From IMG/VR virus record IMGVR_UViG_3300045988_024527, positions 29,796 to 93,795 of that record: a stretch of DNA of 64,000 bases. One strand, given 5' to 3'. The DNA is from a virus (taxonomy: Duplodnaviria > Heunggongvirae > Uroviricota > Caudoviricetes). Positions 10,904 through 21,471 of the stretch are shown in pieces. The position numbers and the translations under genes are program-made. Position 1 is the first letter of the stretch, and every line of letters begins with the position of its first letter. Below the pieces are notes generated by a model. The model was not told the origin of the DNA. It was given only the letters and a program-made list of their open reading frames with translations, and ran no database searches.

Positions 10904-11647
10904 ATGAGTAATATTATAGCATTTACTGGAAAGGCGCGTTCTGGAAAAGACACCTCATGTTCTATTGTGAAGAACATCTTAGAGGATGAGCACGGCTACA
11001 ATGTTGCAGTAATGGCCTTTGCAGACAACCTTAAACTATCTGCATCAAAGATATTTGACCTAACTTGGAATGACCTGTATGGTGAAACTAAAGAGACTCC
11101 GCAAGTATTTGACTTATCATATCATGAACTGATGTTTAAAGTTACGGAAGCTATGGAGTTCACCTTCAGGGATGAACGTTACCATATGGACTTCAAGCTT
11201 ATGTCAGAGTTAACCGGACGATTAATCATGGAGCTTAAGAAGGTTGCTAAACCGACTCTATTGACACGTCTGGGGTTTAGCAAGAAGTATAAATTCTCAT
11301 CAAGACAAATTCAACAGATTTGGGGTACTGAAGTTATCCGTAAAGTTATGGGTGACAAATTCTGGGCTAAAGACCTTGAAAAAAGAATGGTTAGATTCCA
11401 TGAAATGTGCTCACTTAGAAATCAATATGGTTTTGTCTTAATCAGTGATTTAAGATTTGACTCTGAAGCTGAATGGCTGAGTAGATTTGCACACCAAACT
11501 ATTGAAGTAAAAAGAGACAATGTGGACAAAGTTTCATCACATGTTTCAGAAAATGGGATTTCTACAAAATATGAGCGTGACATTATTCATAATAATGGTA
11601 CTCTTGCAGACCTTGAGAACAAGCTAAGAGCCATCATTAAAGTTTAA
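10904..11647 (+). CDS. deoxynucleoside monophosphate kinase
   Basis: P-loop GKARSGKDT near N-terminus, size about 250 aa as in T4 gp1-type dNMP kinases. Confidence 0.65.
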   Translation: MSNIIAFTGKARSGKDTSCSIVKNILEDEHGYNVAVMAFADNLKLSASKIFDLTWNDLYGETKETPQVFDLSYHELMFKVTEAMEFTFRDERYHMDFKLMSELTGRLIMELKKVAKPTLLTRLGFSKKYKFSSRQIQQIWGTEVIRKVMGDKFWAKDLEKRMVRFHEMCSLRNQYGFVLISDLRFDSEAEWLSRFAHQTIEVKRDNVDKVSSHVSENGISTKYERDIIHNNGTLADLENKLRAIIKV

Positions 11648-11655
11648 AAGAGAGA

Positions 11656-11856
11656 ATGAAGATGAGAGTAAAAGACAATTTTAAAGTTATTGACCACCGT
11701 TTAGTGGAACTCTCATCTCTTTCCAATGAGGTAATGATTGAACGTCTTAAGAGAGTTGAATCACGAAGGAAAGAGATTGCAGATGAAATTCATGAACTGG
11801 ACAAGATTGAAAATGGATTGAAGGCAGAACTACAACGAAGAGGTGCTAATGTCTAA
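11656..11856 (+). CDS. hypothetical protein
   Basis: 66 aa coiled-coil-like ORF. Confidence 0.4.
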   Translation: MKMRVKDNFKVIDHRLVELSSLSNEVMIERLKRVESRRKEIADEIHELDKIENGLKAELQRRGANV

Positions 11857-13834
11857 AGGTCGTAAATTGAAAGAGGCTGGTCAGTTTATTGGTCATTGTG
11901 CATGTCCACGTTGTGGTTCATCAGATGCTGGTTCAATCTATCATCATGACGATGATTCTTATTCGATGACTTGCTTTAGCTGTAACAAAGGTTTCCCAGA
12001 GTGGGATTTTGATAAAGGACAAATCGTGAGCACTTATTATACTGGTTCAGATAATAAAAACCGTACTTTCCGTGGAATGGATTTAGAAGATGTCAAAGAA
12101 AACCTTGAAGCAATGGACTTGAAAGACAGGAAAATTCCTGCAAAAGTCCTTGAACGTTTAGGTATCAAGGTTGACATTGACAGTGACGGTGAAATTGACG
12201 CACATTTCTACCCAACTTACAAACGCAATGAAGATGGCAAGCTAGAACATGTTGGCTACCGTGTTCGTCACCGTTACCCAGAAGACCATCCAAAAGAACA
12301 CCTACGAGGTAAGCTAAAAGACTTCTCAGGTGGTGTTGGAGACATTAAAGGTGAACTGGCAATGTTCGGTTCATGGATTGCTCCAGAAGGTGGTAACCGT
12401 CTATTCATCTGGGAAGGTGAGATGGAATGTGCGACAGCAATCTATATGACTTCTCTTGCGATTAAAGATAAGTCTCGTCGTAAGAATTACTGTCACGTAT
12501 CTGTTCCATCAGGTGCAAACATTAAGTCTATCAAAGACAACTATCAGTACATCACATCATTTGATGAGATTTACTTGTGCTTTGATAACGATGAAGCAGG
12601 TGCTAAAGCTACCAAAGAGGCTGCTGGTATCCTCCCTATTGAGAAGGTTCGTTTATTCCAGTATCCAGAAGGTGTAAAAGACCTTAACGAATGGTGGACA
12701 AAGTTCTATAAAGAGAAAGATACAGTTCTGGAAGGATTTAAGCAGCGTATCTACAATGCACCTCGTTACTGTCCTGCTGGTATCAAGAACTTCGCAGATG
12801 GTTTTGAGGCAATGAAGAATCGTGGTCAGATTCCATTGATACCTTTCCCAGAATCTTTCGGAGATTTGAACAGGCTGACTTATGGCGGTTACGGTTTAGG
12901 TGAGATTACAACTCTGGCAGCACCATCTTCAGTGGGTAAATCAGCATACACTCGTGAAATGATTTACACAGCTTGGAAAGATACCGATTACAATATTGGT
13001 GTAATTCCTGTAGAAGATACTTATGAAGAGTTGATGGAGATGCTCTGTGCAATCCACCTGAGCAAGCAGATTTCTGAGATTCCTTATGACGAACGTGATT
13101 GGGATGAATTGAAGGAAGCACACGCAGAACTGTCTAAAGGTCGTCGTATCCACATCGTAGACCATCAAGGGGCAATTGACCAAGATAACTTGCTGGAATT
13201 TGTTGACTATCTTGTTAACAGCTTGGACTGTAAGATTATTATTCTTGACCCTATTACGTTGGCTCTGTCACGTTCAGATACTGATGAAGAGGAAGTTTTA
13301 TCTGAGCTATTGCGTCGTTGTAAACGCTACCAGTATGCACAAGTGAACGTCTGTCACGTTCGTAAGAGTGCAGGTGGTCAGAAGGCTAACTCTGAAGGTG
13401 GGGATATCTCTGAAGAGGATATTAAAGGCTCTGGTGCGTATTTCCAGATTTCTATGAACAACATTCTGTTAATGCGTAACAAGGTTGACCCAGACCCTGT
13501 TAAGAAAAACTTGACAAAAATCAAGTTAACTAAATGTCGTCGTCACGGTAAGTCAACGGGTATTGCTGGTCATACTTGGTACAATCCAGATACAGGACGC
13601 CTCATCAAAGCATCTGGTTGTGGGGTAGACATTGATGGTGCAGCAGAAAATATTCGCCAACAGTTTGGTATTGGTGAAGCTGAAGACCATTACGATGACT
13701 CTTTGCCACATTATGAGGATGAAGTGTTTGACCGTGAGACTGGTGAAGTCTATACTGAAGAGCAGCGTCAAAGCTCAACGATTCCACCTGTATTAAGTGA
13801 GGATGCAGATGACTGCCCATTCGAAACTGAGTGA
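11843..13834 (+). CDS. bifunctional DNA primase/helicase
   Basis: N-terminal zinc ribbon CPRCGS..CFSC, TOPRIM-like EGEMECA/DNDEAG, Walker A APSSVGKS DnaB-like helicase domain. Confidence 0.85.
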   Translation: MLMSKGRKLKEAGQFIGHCACPRCGSSDAGSIYHHDDDSYSMTCFSCNKGFPEWDFDKGQIVSTYYTGSDNKNRTFRGMDLEDVKENLEAMDLKDRKIPAKVLERLGIKVDIDSDGEIDAHFYPTYKRNEDGKLEHVGYRVRHRYPEDHPKEHLRGKLKDFSGGVGDIKGELAMFGSWIAPEGGNRLFIWEGEMECATAIYMTSLAIKDKSRRKNYCHVSVPSGANIKSIKDNYQYITSFDEIYLCFDNDEAGAKATKEAAGILPIEKVRLFQYPEGVKDLNEWWTKFYKEKDTVLEGFKQRIYNAPRYCPAGIKNFADGFEAMKNRGQIPLIPFPESFGDLNRLTYGGYGLGEITTLAAPSSVGKSAYTREMIYTAWKDTDYNIGVIPVEDTYEELMEMLCAIHLSKQISEIPYDERDWDELKEAHAELSKGRRIHIVDHQGAIDQDNLLEFVDYLVNSLDCKIIILDPITLALSRSDTDEEEVLSELLRRCKRYQYAQVNVCHVRKSAGGQKANSEGGDISEEDIKGSGAYFQISMNNILLMRNKVDPDPVKKNLTKIKLTKCRRHGKSTGIAGHTWYNPDTGRLIKASGCGVDIDGAAENIRQQFGIGEAEDHYDDSLPHYEDEVFDRETGEVYTEEQRQSSTIPPVLSEDADDCPFETE

Positions 13835-14086
13835 TAGTTATAAAAGAGAGGGGTTCACACCCTTCTTTGAAGAAAAAAGTTTAAATAAATTTCAGGAAGA
13901 GTGTTTGACAAAGATTGATAGGTTCTATAGAATGCTCCTCATGAAATGCGATGGGGAAGTTGAGGTAAAAGAAGATTTCCACCAGAGTATGATTACAGTC
14001 ATCATTGCGCTGCCTCAGCATAATATTAGTTGGCTGTTTATAATTAAAGAAAATGTGTTTGAATATCAAGTATATCGGAGAATATC

Positions 14087-14236
14087 ATGAAACACTCTAA
14101 AGCATTTGAAAAAGTTTTTGGGGATTCCTTAAAAGCCACTGCTGGAAAACCAGCAAAATACTATGAAGAAAAACGTGTAAGAACTGGAAAAACTGCACGT
14201 AAAGCAGCTTCTAAAGATAAGCACAACTTCCAGTAA
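14087..14236 (+). CDS. small basic hypothetical protein
   Basis: 49 aa ORF below track cutoff, fills gap. Confidence 0.3.
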   Translation: MKHSKAFEKVFGDSLKATAGKPAKYYEEKRVRTGKTARKAASKDKHNFQ

Positions 14237-14308
14237 TTAGTATTTGACAATAGAGTATCAACAAACTAGAATTGGTACTCTTCATAAATTGAGATAGAGG
14301 TTTAAATA

Positions 14309-15166
14309 ATGTCTAAAGTTGTTAAAATGAAAGCTCCGGTAGAGAAGTACAATGGTACTGAACGTCAAACTCTGCGTTACCTTCTGAAAGATGTATGGTT
14401 TTATTACCTGAACACTTCACCACGTCCGGGGAAAGGTAAATCCATTGACAAGAAATTCCCAGGAAAAGACTGTAACTACAGCGTATCAATTCTGGCAGAA
14501 GACGGTAACAAACTGTTTAAAGAGTTTACTAAGTCTAAGAAAAATCCAGAAGGCTGGGATAAAGTCACTACTGAAGCAGTTGATGCAGACGACTTCGAAG
14601 AGAAGTTTGGTTGTAAACCACCTTTTGAAGCAGACACTTACTACATCTTGAAAGTAAGTCGTGCAGCAGCTTATAAAGATGGTGCTGTATGGACAGCTAA
14701 ACAGTCATTCCCTGTTATGCTTATTGAAGAAGTAAATGGTAAGCGTGTAGCTGTTAAGCAGCCGATGAAGAAAATCAAAGCTCAAGCATCTGATAAACAT
14801 GAAGATGATAAGAACTATGATGTAATTCATCCAGATATTGCAGTTGGCAACGGTTCTTTTGGTAGTGTGATTCTTTCTACTCACTTCTACACTTTTGAGA
14901 ACAATGTTCTGACAAAACCTATTCAGGAACAGTTTATCATTGATACTCTTGTACCTTACACTGGTGGTAACGGTGCTAACGGTGAACCTGAACTGGATGA
15001 AGATGAACTGGCTATGCTTGGTCTTGATGGTGTTGAAGATAACGGTGAAATCACTGAAGAAGACGCAACAGACCACAAACCTTCGAATAATTCTGATGAT
15101 GGTGACGATGAAGACTTGCCAGACCCAGATGACGAAGAAGATGAAGACTTCGATACAGAAGACTAA
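14309..15166 (+). CDS. putative single-stranded DNA-binding protein
   Basis: strongly acidic C-terminal tail DDEDLPDPDDEEDEDFDTED typical of phage SSBs; position within replication module. Confidence 0.5.
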   Translation: MSKVVKMKAPVEKYNGTERQTLRYLLKDVWFYYLNTSPRPGKGKSIDKKFPGKDCNYSVSILAEDGNKLFKEFTKSKKNPEGWDKVTTEAVDADDFEEKFGCKPPFEADTYYILKVSRAAAYKDGAVWTAKQSFPVMLIEEVNGKRVAVKQPMKKIKAQASDKHEDDKNYDVIHPDIAVGNGSFGSVILSTHFYTFENNVLTKPIQEQFIIDTLVPYTGGNGANGEPELDEDELAMLGLDGVEDNGEITEEDATDHKPSNNSDDGDDEDLPDPDDEEDEDFDTED

Positions 15167-15228
15167 TCTCTAAAAGTTACTTTAAAGCCCTGTACTTAGT
15201 ATGGGGCTTTTTCATATGGAGAGCCATA

Positions 15229-16275
15229 ATGGAGAAGTACACATTAACAAAACTTCCCGATTCAGTTACACATGTCTTTATTGACTCTGACAGTATTGCC
15301 TATAAAGGTGCTTGTGTAGTTGAGAAAGCAAAATATAAATACGTCAATAAACTCACAGCAGAAGAATCTGAGCCATTTGATAATGCGAAAGATGCTGCAA
15401 GATGGTTAGCAGACCAGAGAATCCTTGTGGAAGAGCTTGGCCTGACATTTGATGAAGATGAATGGGAAAGACAGACTTGGAAAGAAGCGAAGAGTGAAAA
15501 AGAAGCTATCATGGCTACTCAACAGGTGCTTCAGGAATGGCTTAAGGTTGTTGGTAAAGAGAGAACTTGGGTAGGTTACTTAACAGAGAAAGGTGTGCAT
15601 AAACACAAAGACATTAAAGGTCTTGAGCACCAATATCAAGGTAACCGCAAAGATGCTGTCACACCAACACACTTAGTTGCTTGTCGTGAGTATCTTCTGT
15701 CAAGACCAGAGTTCAAATTAATTCTTGATGGATTTGAAGCTGACTCTATCGTTATTGCTAAAGCTGAAAAGATGGGAAAAAAGGCTGCCTTAATGAGTAT
15801 TGATAAAGACCTTCGCCAAGCTGAAGGGACTTACTGTATTGATATGACCTATGAAAAGTCGCCTTTGATTTTCATTGCTGATAACAATGTTGGTGAAATT
15901 TGGGATTGTCCAATAAAATCGACACCAAAAGCTAAGAAGACAGTTGGGGTAGGTTTTAAATTTCTTTGTTACCAAGCTGTGGCTGGTGATAATGCGGATA
16001 ATTATTTTGGTTTAAAGGGTGTTGGTAAGGTTACTATAATGAAAGCCCTTGAAGGTAAAACCACCTACAAAGAGTGTCTTGATGCAATTTATGAACTTTA
16101 TGCTAAGAAAGAGTCATACACTTATGTCTCGTGGGATGGTCAAACAATTACCAGAACACCTTTAGAGTTAATGCAGCAACACTTTTTCTTAGCTTATCAG
16201 GAAAGAAACAAGAAAGATGATTTCACTTTTGATAAGTATGGATGGACACCAAATGTTAACCCAACAAACTCTTAA
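15229..16275 (+). CDS. 5'-3' exonuclease / flap endonuclease
   Basis: N-terminal VFIDSDSIAYKG nuclease motif and H3TH-like AGDNADNYFGLKGVGKVT. Confidence 0.7.
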   Translation: MEKYTLTKLPDSVTHVFIDSDSIAYKGACVVEKAKYKYVNKLTAEESEPFDNAKDAARWLADQRILVEELGLTFDEDEWERQTWKEAKSEKEAIMATQQVLQEWLKVVGKERTWVGYLTEKGVHKHKDIKGLEHQYQGNRKDAVTPTHLVACREYLLSRPEFKLILDGFEADSIVIAKAEKMGKKAALMSIDKDLRQAEGTYCIDMTYEKSPLIFIADNNVGEIWDCPIKSTPKAKKTVGVGFKFLCYQAVAGDNADNYFGLKGVGKVTIMKALEGKTTYKECLDAIYELYAKKESYTYVSWDGQTITRTPLELMQQHFFLAYQERNKKDDFTFDKYGWTPNVNPTNS

Positions 16276-16744
16276 AGAATACCTACACTATGACCCCGAA
16301 ACAGGGGTCTTTACTTGGATTAAGAAGTCTGCTAGACACACAAAAATTGGCTCTGTTGCAGGTACAAACTTAAGAGGGTACACCAGAATTTATTTGTTTG
16401 GTAAGGGTTATTATGCACATACTCTAGCTGTTCTGTATATGGATGGATACCTACCTGAGTGTGTTGACCATAAAAATCATGTAACACTAGACAATCGATG
16501 GGTAAACCTTAGGGCATGTACATTATCAGAGAACCAATGCAATAGGTTGCTCAATAAGAACAATAAATCAGGTGTTAAAGGTGTGTACTACAAAAAACAG
16601 TATGGTAAGTGGTCTACACAGATAACTTTTAAGAAGAAAGTTTACTTCTTCGGAAACTATGACACTATTGATGAAGCAGCAGAGGTTGTAAATAGGGAAC
16701 GCCAACGTTTACACAAAGAGTTTGCTAATAAAGGTGATGAATGA
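16217..16744 (+). CDS. HNH homing endonuclease with AP2 domain
   Basis: YDPETGVFTW, HNH YAHTLAVLY..VDHKNH..NRWVNLR, AP2-like GVKGVYY..KWSTQI. Confidence 0.8.
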   Translation: MISLLISMDGHQMLTQQTLKEYLHYDPETGVFTWIKKSARHTKIGSVAGTNLRGYTRIYLFGKGYYAHTLAVLYMDGYLPECVDHKNHVTLDNRWVNLRACTLSENQCNRLLNKNNKSGVKGVYYKKQYGKWSTQITFKKKVYFFGNYDTIDEAAEVVNRERQRLHKEFANKGDE

Positions 16745-17241
16745 GAAAAATAAAAGGTTTTGGCAATTGCCCTGAATATGGACATTGGGTTTCACTATGT
16801 GGTGAAGTTGACCCAGCAAAGCACTTTGGTTTTGTCTACCTAGTGTACTGCAAAAAGACTGGACAGTACTACTTGGGTAAAAAACAGCTTAATAGTGTGA
16901 CCAAAAGAAAAGTTGCTGGTAAGACTCGGAAGAAGGTAGTCACTAAGGAAAGTGATTGGATGACTTACGAGACTTCTTCTGAGTATATCAAAAAAGATAT
17001 TGAAAGCTTTGGAAAAGAATCTTTTGACTTTTATATTATTCAAACCTACTACACAAAAGGTGGCCTAGTTTATGGTGAAGCAAACCTTCAACATAAGTTC
17101 GATGTAATGACAAAAAGGATTGACTCGAAGCTCAGACTCTTCTACAATGCCAATATTGCAGCAATTAAGTTTATTACTAAAGAAACTTATGAAGATGCTG
17201 AAAAAAGAATCCATAAGGTAATGAAAGCAAATTGTGCTTGA
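16741..17241 (+). CDS. putative GIY-YIG homing endonuclease
   Basis: FGFVYLVYCKKTGQYYLGK resembles GIY-(x10)-YIG motif. Confidence 0.5.
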   Translation: MRKIKGFGNCPEYGHWVSLCGEVDPAKHFGFVYLVYCKKTGQYYLGKKQLNSVTKRKVAGKTRKKVVTKESDWMTYETSSEYIKKDIESFGKESFDFYIIQTYYTKGGLVYGEANLQHKFDVMTKRIDSKLRLFYNANIAAIKFITKETYEDAEKRIHKVMKANCA

Positions 17242-17247
17242 TAACTA

Positions 17248-17511
17248 TTGAGAGAGAATAAAATGTTTAACAAAAGTAAAGCTGTGAGCCATGTAGCAAA
17301 AGTTGACAGCAAGATTGAAGAACTTGAGCGCATTCTTGCAAATGCTAAAGAGTCAATAATTAAAGAAGTTGAAGCTGTTGAATCTCAAATGCAGCACCTA
17401 ATGCTTAAACGCCAAGAGCTACGTGAGCATCTAGAATATATTGAAACACGAGAGCTAAAAGTTAACAGATATTTTAAGGAGTCCGAATGTTTAACTCAAG
17501 AGAATCAGTAA
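17248..17511 (+). CDS. hypothetical protein
   Basis: 87 aa coiled-coil ORF. Confidence 0.4.
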   Translation: MRENKMFNKSKAVSHVAKVDSKIEELERILANAKESIIKEVEAVESQMQHLMLKRQELREHLEYIETRELKVNRYFKESECLTQENQ

Positions 17512-18242
17512 AAAACTGGAACCTTCGTTGTGGAAACACTCAAAAACAACCTTACAGTAATGAGTATTGGGAATCTTTAAAATCTCAATCTCTGTGTATG
17601 CTTGAAGAAGCAAAAGAGCTTGTAAAAGCAATTGAAGAGAAAGACCCCATTGAGACACTGGATGCTCAGGCAGATTTGCAATATGTTCTTGACGGTTTGA
17701 TTTACCTGTCACAGCATGACCATAACGGTGCTATGAAAGCTGTTTGCCATAATAATGACCTGAAGTACACAGATAACTATGAAGAAGCTTTAAAACGTCT
17801 TGCAGACATTGAAAAGCGTACTGGTCAAGAGTGTATTATCAGAATGTCAGTAGTTGATGGTAAAGAGTGGTATGCAATTGTTCGTGCAGCAGATGGGAAG
17901 ATTATGAAGCAATCGAATCTCCCTAAAGTACAGCTTGGTGAATACATTGTAGAACTTGAAAGCCAAGAACTTTTTGTGGTAGTATCTGAGACATGCGTTA
18001 TCTGCAAAGGTCTTGTAGGTAGCTTAAAGGATTTGGGTGTAGATGGTTTTGTAGAAGTTAATCCAATTACCTCTAAAGCAGATAAAGACTTCTGTAAAGA
18101 GAATGGACTATGGATTGCAGATATTGTCTACTATGATGGTGAGCAGTTCCATGTAACCTCATACCCGAAACTGAATTATGATGCTAATAACCTGAAGTGC
18201 TGGTTAAAAGGGGTTGGTTATAATGGATTCACAGAACATTAA
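17487..18242 (+). CDS. hypothetical protein
   Basis: 251 aa ORF. Confidence 0.5.
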   Translation: MFNSRESVKNWNLRCGNTQKQPYSNEYWESLKSQSLCMLEEAKELVKAIEEKDPIETLDAQADLQYVLDGLIYLSQHDHNGAMKAVCHNNDLKYTDNYEEALKRLADIEKRTGQECIIRMSVVDGKEWYAIVRAADGKIMKQSNLPKVQLGEYIVELESQELFVVVSETCVICKGLVGSLKDLGVDGFVEVNPITSKADKDFCKENGLWIADIVYYDGEQFHVTSYPKLNYDANNLKCWLKGVGYNGFTEH

Positions 18243-18546
18243 TAAAGAGGGTGTGGCTCAGAAGAGCCACTTCTCAAACTACAATATTTCTATGACGGTG
18301 TTTATGAATGACCCGTTACTTGAAAAGTATGGTGAGACTCCAGATACACTTCTGGACAATGAACAAGTTTTAAAAGCAGTCCTGTACAAATACGGGATTG
18401 ATATTGAGAAAGAATATTCTTTTGAAATCTGCCAACACAGAAATACTTTCGGTAAAGTCGTGATGGCTCCCCTCTTTATGGGTGTAGAAAGAACTGACGA
18501 TGGTTGGTGGTATCTAAAAAGAAACTTGGAGAAATACCGTGTCTAA
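18214..18546 (+). CDS. hypothetical protein
   Basis: 110 aa ORF. Confidence 0.4.
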   Translation: MVIMDSQNINKEGVAQKSHFSNYNISMTVFMNDPLLEKYGETPDTLLDNEQVLKAVLYKYGIDIEKEYSFEICQHRNTFGKVVMAPLFMGVERTDDGWWYLKRNLEKYRV

Positions 18547-18877
18547 AGCAAAAAAGCTATCTTATGATGACATTATCTCAGGTGCTAAATTAGGTGTTGA
18601 TAGTATCGGACAAGATGTTAAGCACGGAGACACAGTTATGTACTGTGATGACCAAAGAGGGAGAAGTGCAATCTTGTTTGGAAGAATTGTTTGCAAGATG
18701 CGAGGCAATTACGTTGTTGCAGACATGGATGTGAATGTTACACAAAAACTTGAAACACTTATGGATGATAATACATCATCATGGTTCTCCCTGAATTGTA
18801 TGCACACTTCTTCAGTCACAAAAGTAAGTGATAAGTTTTACGATATGTGGCAGAATGAGCAAATTTTCAAGATTTAA
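18539..18877 (+). CDS. hypothetical protein
   Basis: 112 aa ORF. Confidence 0.45.
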   Translation: MSKAKKLSYDDIISGAKLGVDSIGQDVKHGDTVMYCDDQRGRSAILFGRIVCKMRGNYVVADMDVNVTQKLETLMDDNTSSWFSLNCMHTSSVTKVSDKFYDMWQNEQIFKI

Positions 18878-18881
18878 ACTA

Positions 18882-18908
18882 GGGAGCCTCTTCGGAGGCT
18901 CTTTTCAT
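18882..18908 (+). terminator. intrinsic terminator
   Basis: GGAGCCTC-TTCG-GAGGCTC followed by TTTTC. Confidence 0.7.
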
Positions 18909-18923
18909 CTGTAGGATTCAAAA

Positions 18924-21158
18924 ATGATTAAGACAATTAAAAAATCAAATGGTACAGTAGTAAACTTTGACCCAGAAAGACTGAATAAGTGGGCATCATG
19001 GGCAGATAAGCGTGGAATTATCTGGTCAGAAGTCACTATGGAAGCTATGAAACGTGTCTATGAGGGTTGCACTACAAAAGAGATGCACCAAGCCATGATT
19101 GATGTTTGTGTTGATAAACAAACTCAAGAGTACTCAGATATGGCTGGGCGGCTACTTCTGGGGATTATCTACAAAGAAGCCTTTGGAGGCTTTACTAAGG
19201 TTCCTACGCTGGTTACCTTCGTTAAAAACATGGAGAGAGCAGGACTTTGGGAGAAGATGGATTATTCACAGGAAGAGCTTGAATACCTGCAAGGTTACAT
19301 CGTACACTCAAAAGATATCTCTTACGGTTATGCAGTCTTGAAACAGTTCAGAGACAAGTATGGTATCCGTGATATTAAAACGGGAAGACTGTTTGAGTCA
19401 CCACAATTTATGTTTATGGGTATGGCTATGAAAGCCTTTGAGAAGCAACCAAAGCACCGTAGACTGCAAGATGTTATCAAGCTGTACACTTACCTATCTG
19501 ACCTGAAGATTAACGCTCCTACACCTTATTTAAACGGTTTAAGAGCAACTAAATCAGGCTATGCGTCATGCTGTTTGATTAAGGCAAATGACACTGCCGA
19601 ATCTCTCGGTATTGCTGCAAAGGTTGCTTATGATATGACCACAAAGCAAGCTGGTATTGGTATGCTGATGGAGACACGTACTATTGGTGATGGTATCCGT
19701 CAAAATACGATTGAGCACATGGGTAAGCTACCTTATTACAAGCTTGTACGTTCATCTGTAGAGGCAAACAAACAGAAGAGTCGTGGTGGTTCAGCTAATA
19801 ACTTCTACACTGCTCTAGACCCGCAGATTGAAGATTTACTGCGTTTGAAGCACCCTACAACGGTTCCTTCTAAACGTATTAATGAGATGGACTACTCATT
19901 CGGCACAAACGATTATTTCTGGCAGTGTGTTCAGTATGATACAGATTGGTTGCTATTCTCTTACAAAGATGCACCAAAACTCTATGACATGTTCTACACA
20001 GCATCTGCTGATGAGTTTGCTATGGCAGTTGGTCACGCAGTACATTCAGGAGTTAAGCACAGACGAGTCAAGGCTCGTGAAATTGCTAAGCTGTTTATTC
20101 AACAGCGTTATGCTACAGGTCGTGTGTATCCATTCTTCACTAACAATGCAAACACACATACACCATTTAAAGAACCATTGAAGATGTCAAATCTTTGTAT
20201 GGAAATTGTGTTGCCAGTGTATGGTTTTGAGAAAGAGACAGACCTTTACAGAGATGATGCTGTGAAAGAGGATGGTGAGGTGGCTCTTTGCTTCCTAGCT
20301 AGTTTGGTTGCAGGGAGAATTTCAGAAGATGAATACGCTGACGTTGCTTATTATGCTCTTGCAATGGTTGACTCCGTTATTGACCTTATGGATTATCCGT
20401 ATCCGTCGATGCGTAACCATGTTCAGAAGCGTCGTTCTGTTGGGATTGGCCTTACAAATGTGGCTCATTACCTTGCGAAGAACTACGTGAACTACTCTTC
20501 ACGAGCAGGTAAAACGAAACTTCATGAACTTGCAGAGATGCACTCTTACTATCTGCATGAAGCCTCTCTGAGACTTGCTAAAGAGCGTGGCGTTCCAGAG
20601 TACATGAAGTTCACTAAGTATCCTGAAGGCTGGGTTCCTCCAAAGACAGCTAACAAGAAGATTGATGAAAAGCATGATGCAAAACTACGATATGATTGGG
20701 ATGACTTAGCACAACGTATCAAAGAAAATGGTGGAATCCGAAACTCTGTATTAGAAGCTTACATGCCTAATGAGAGTTCTTCACTAGCAACTAATACGAC
20801 AAATGGCTTGTACCCAATTCGTGACTTTATTTTAACTAAAAAATCTGCAACTGGTAACGTACTGTTTATTGTTCCAGATTATGAAGAGTTGAAGTATGTC
20901 TATGAGATTGCTTGGGATATTGACACCTTTGATATGATTGATTGTTATGCAATTGTTCAAAAGTTCACTGGTCAAGCTATCTCTTCAGACTTCTATGTTG
21001 ACTATGCAAAGTCTAAGAAGGTATCATTGGCTCAAGCTTTGAAGTACATGATTTATGCCAACTTGGTAGGTATGAAAACCATGTACTACCTTAACAGTCG
21101 CATTGGTGTAGGTAAATCTGCACTGCAAGATGCTTATTGCGAGGGTTGTGGTGTTTAG
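18924..21158 (+). CDS. nrdA: ribonucleoside-diphosphate reductase alpha subunit
   Basis: N-terminal ATP-cone, active-site NLCMEIVLP, C-terminal CEGCGV cysteine pair, 744 aa. Confidence 0.9.
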   Translation: MIKTIKKSNGTVVNFDPERLNKWASWADKRGIIWSEVTMEAMKRVYEGCTTKEMHQAMIDVCVDKQTQEYSDMAGRLLLGIIYKEAFGGFTKVPTLVTFVKNMERAGLWEKMDYSQEELEYLQGYIVHSKDISYGYAVLKQFRDKYGIRDIKTGRLFESPQFMFMGMAMKAFEKQPKHRRLQDVIKLYTYLSDLKINAPTPYLNGLRATKSGYASCCLIKANDTAESLGIAAKVAYDMTTKQAGIGMLMETRTIGDGIRQNTIEHMGKLPYYKLVRSSVEANKQKSRGGSANNFYTALDPQIEDLLRLKHPTTVPSKRINEMDYSFGTNDYFWQCVQYDTDWLLFSYKDAPKLYDMFYTASADEFAMAVGHAVHSGVKHRRVKAREIAKLFIQQRYATGRVYPFFTNNANTHTPFKEPLKMSNLCMEIVLPVYGFEKETDLYRDDAVKEDGEVALCFLASLVAGRISEDEYADVAYYALAMVDSVIDLMDYPYPSMRNHVQKRRSVGIGLTNVAHYLAKNYVNYSSRAGKTKLHELAEMHSYYLHEASLRLAKERGVPEYMKFTKYPEGWVPPKTANKKIDEKHDAKLRYDWDDLAQRIKENGGIRNSVLEAYMPNESSSLATNTTNGLYPIRDFILTKKSATGNVLFIVPDYEELKYVYEIAWDIDTFDMIDCYAIVQKFTGQAISSDFYVDYAKSKKVSLAQALKYMIYANLVGMKTMYYLNSRIGVGKSALQDAYCEGCGV

Positions 21159-21471
21159 TTTTAACAACTATGAGGGTCGTAAAAGACCCTCTAAAAATAA
21201 CTTTGGAGAGACCATGAAAGATTTAATAGAAAAACATGAGCGACCTATATACTTGCTCCACAAGCCTCGGAAAACGATGTACTATGTGAGTAGCACAGAC
21301 ATGATGATAAAACAAAATGATGACTCATGGGTTGCTGGTATCTCTTACATCTCTATAGCAGATGGTAAAATCTACGCAAGACCTTATGAGATGTTTAACA
21401 AAGAGAATTGGGAAGTTTTAGACAGAAAACAAGCCTTAGAAATGATAAAGAAAGGAGAAATCACGCTATGA
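21130..21471 (+). CDS. hypothetical protein (start probably internal at MKDLIEK)
   Basis: ORF between nrdA and nrdB. Confidence 0.35.
   Translation: MLIARVVVFSFNNYEGRKRPSKNNFGETMKDLIEKHERPIYLLHKPRKTMYYVSSTDMMIKQNDDSWVAGISYISIADGKIYARPYEMFNKENWEVLDRKQALEMIKKGEITL

Noticed and set aside
21408-21467. Upstream extension of nrdB ORF (MGSFRQK...)
   Set aside because: Would overlap the preceding gene; the MINQHPIF start is better placed and gives a typical NrdB N-terminus.
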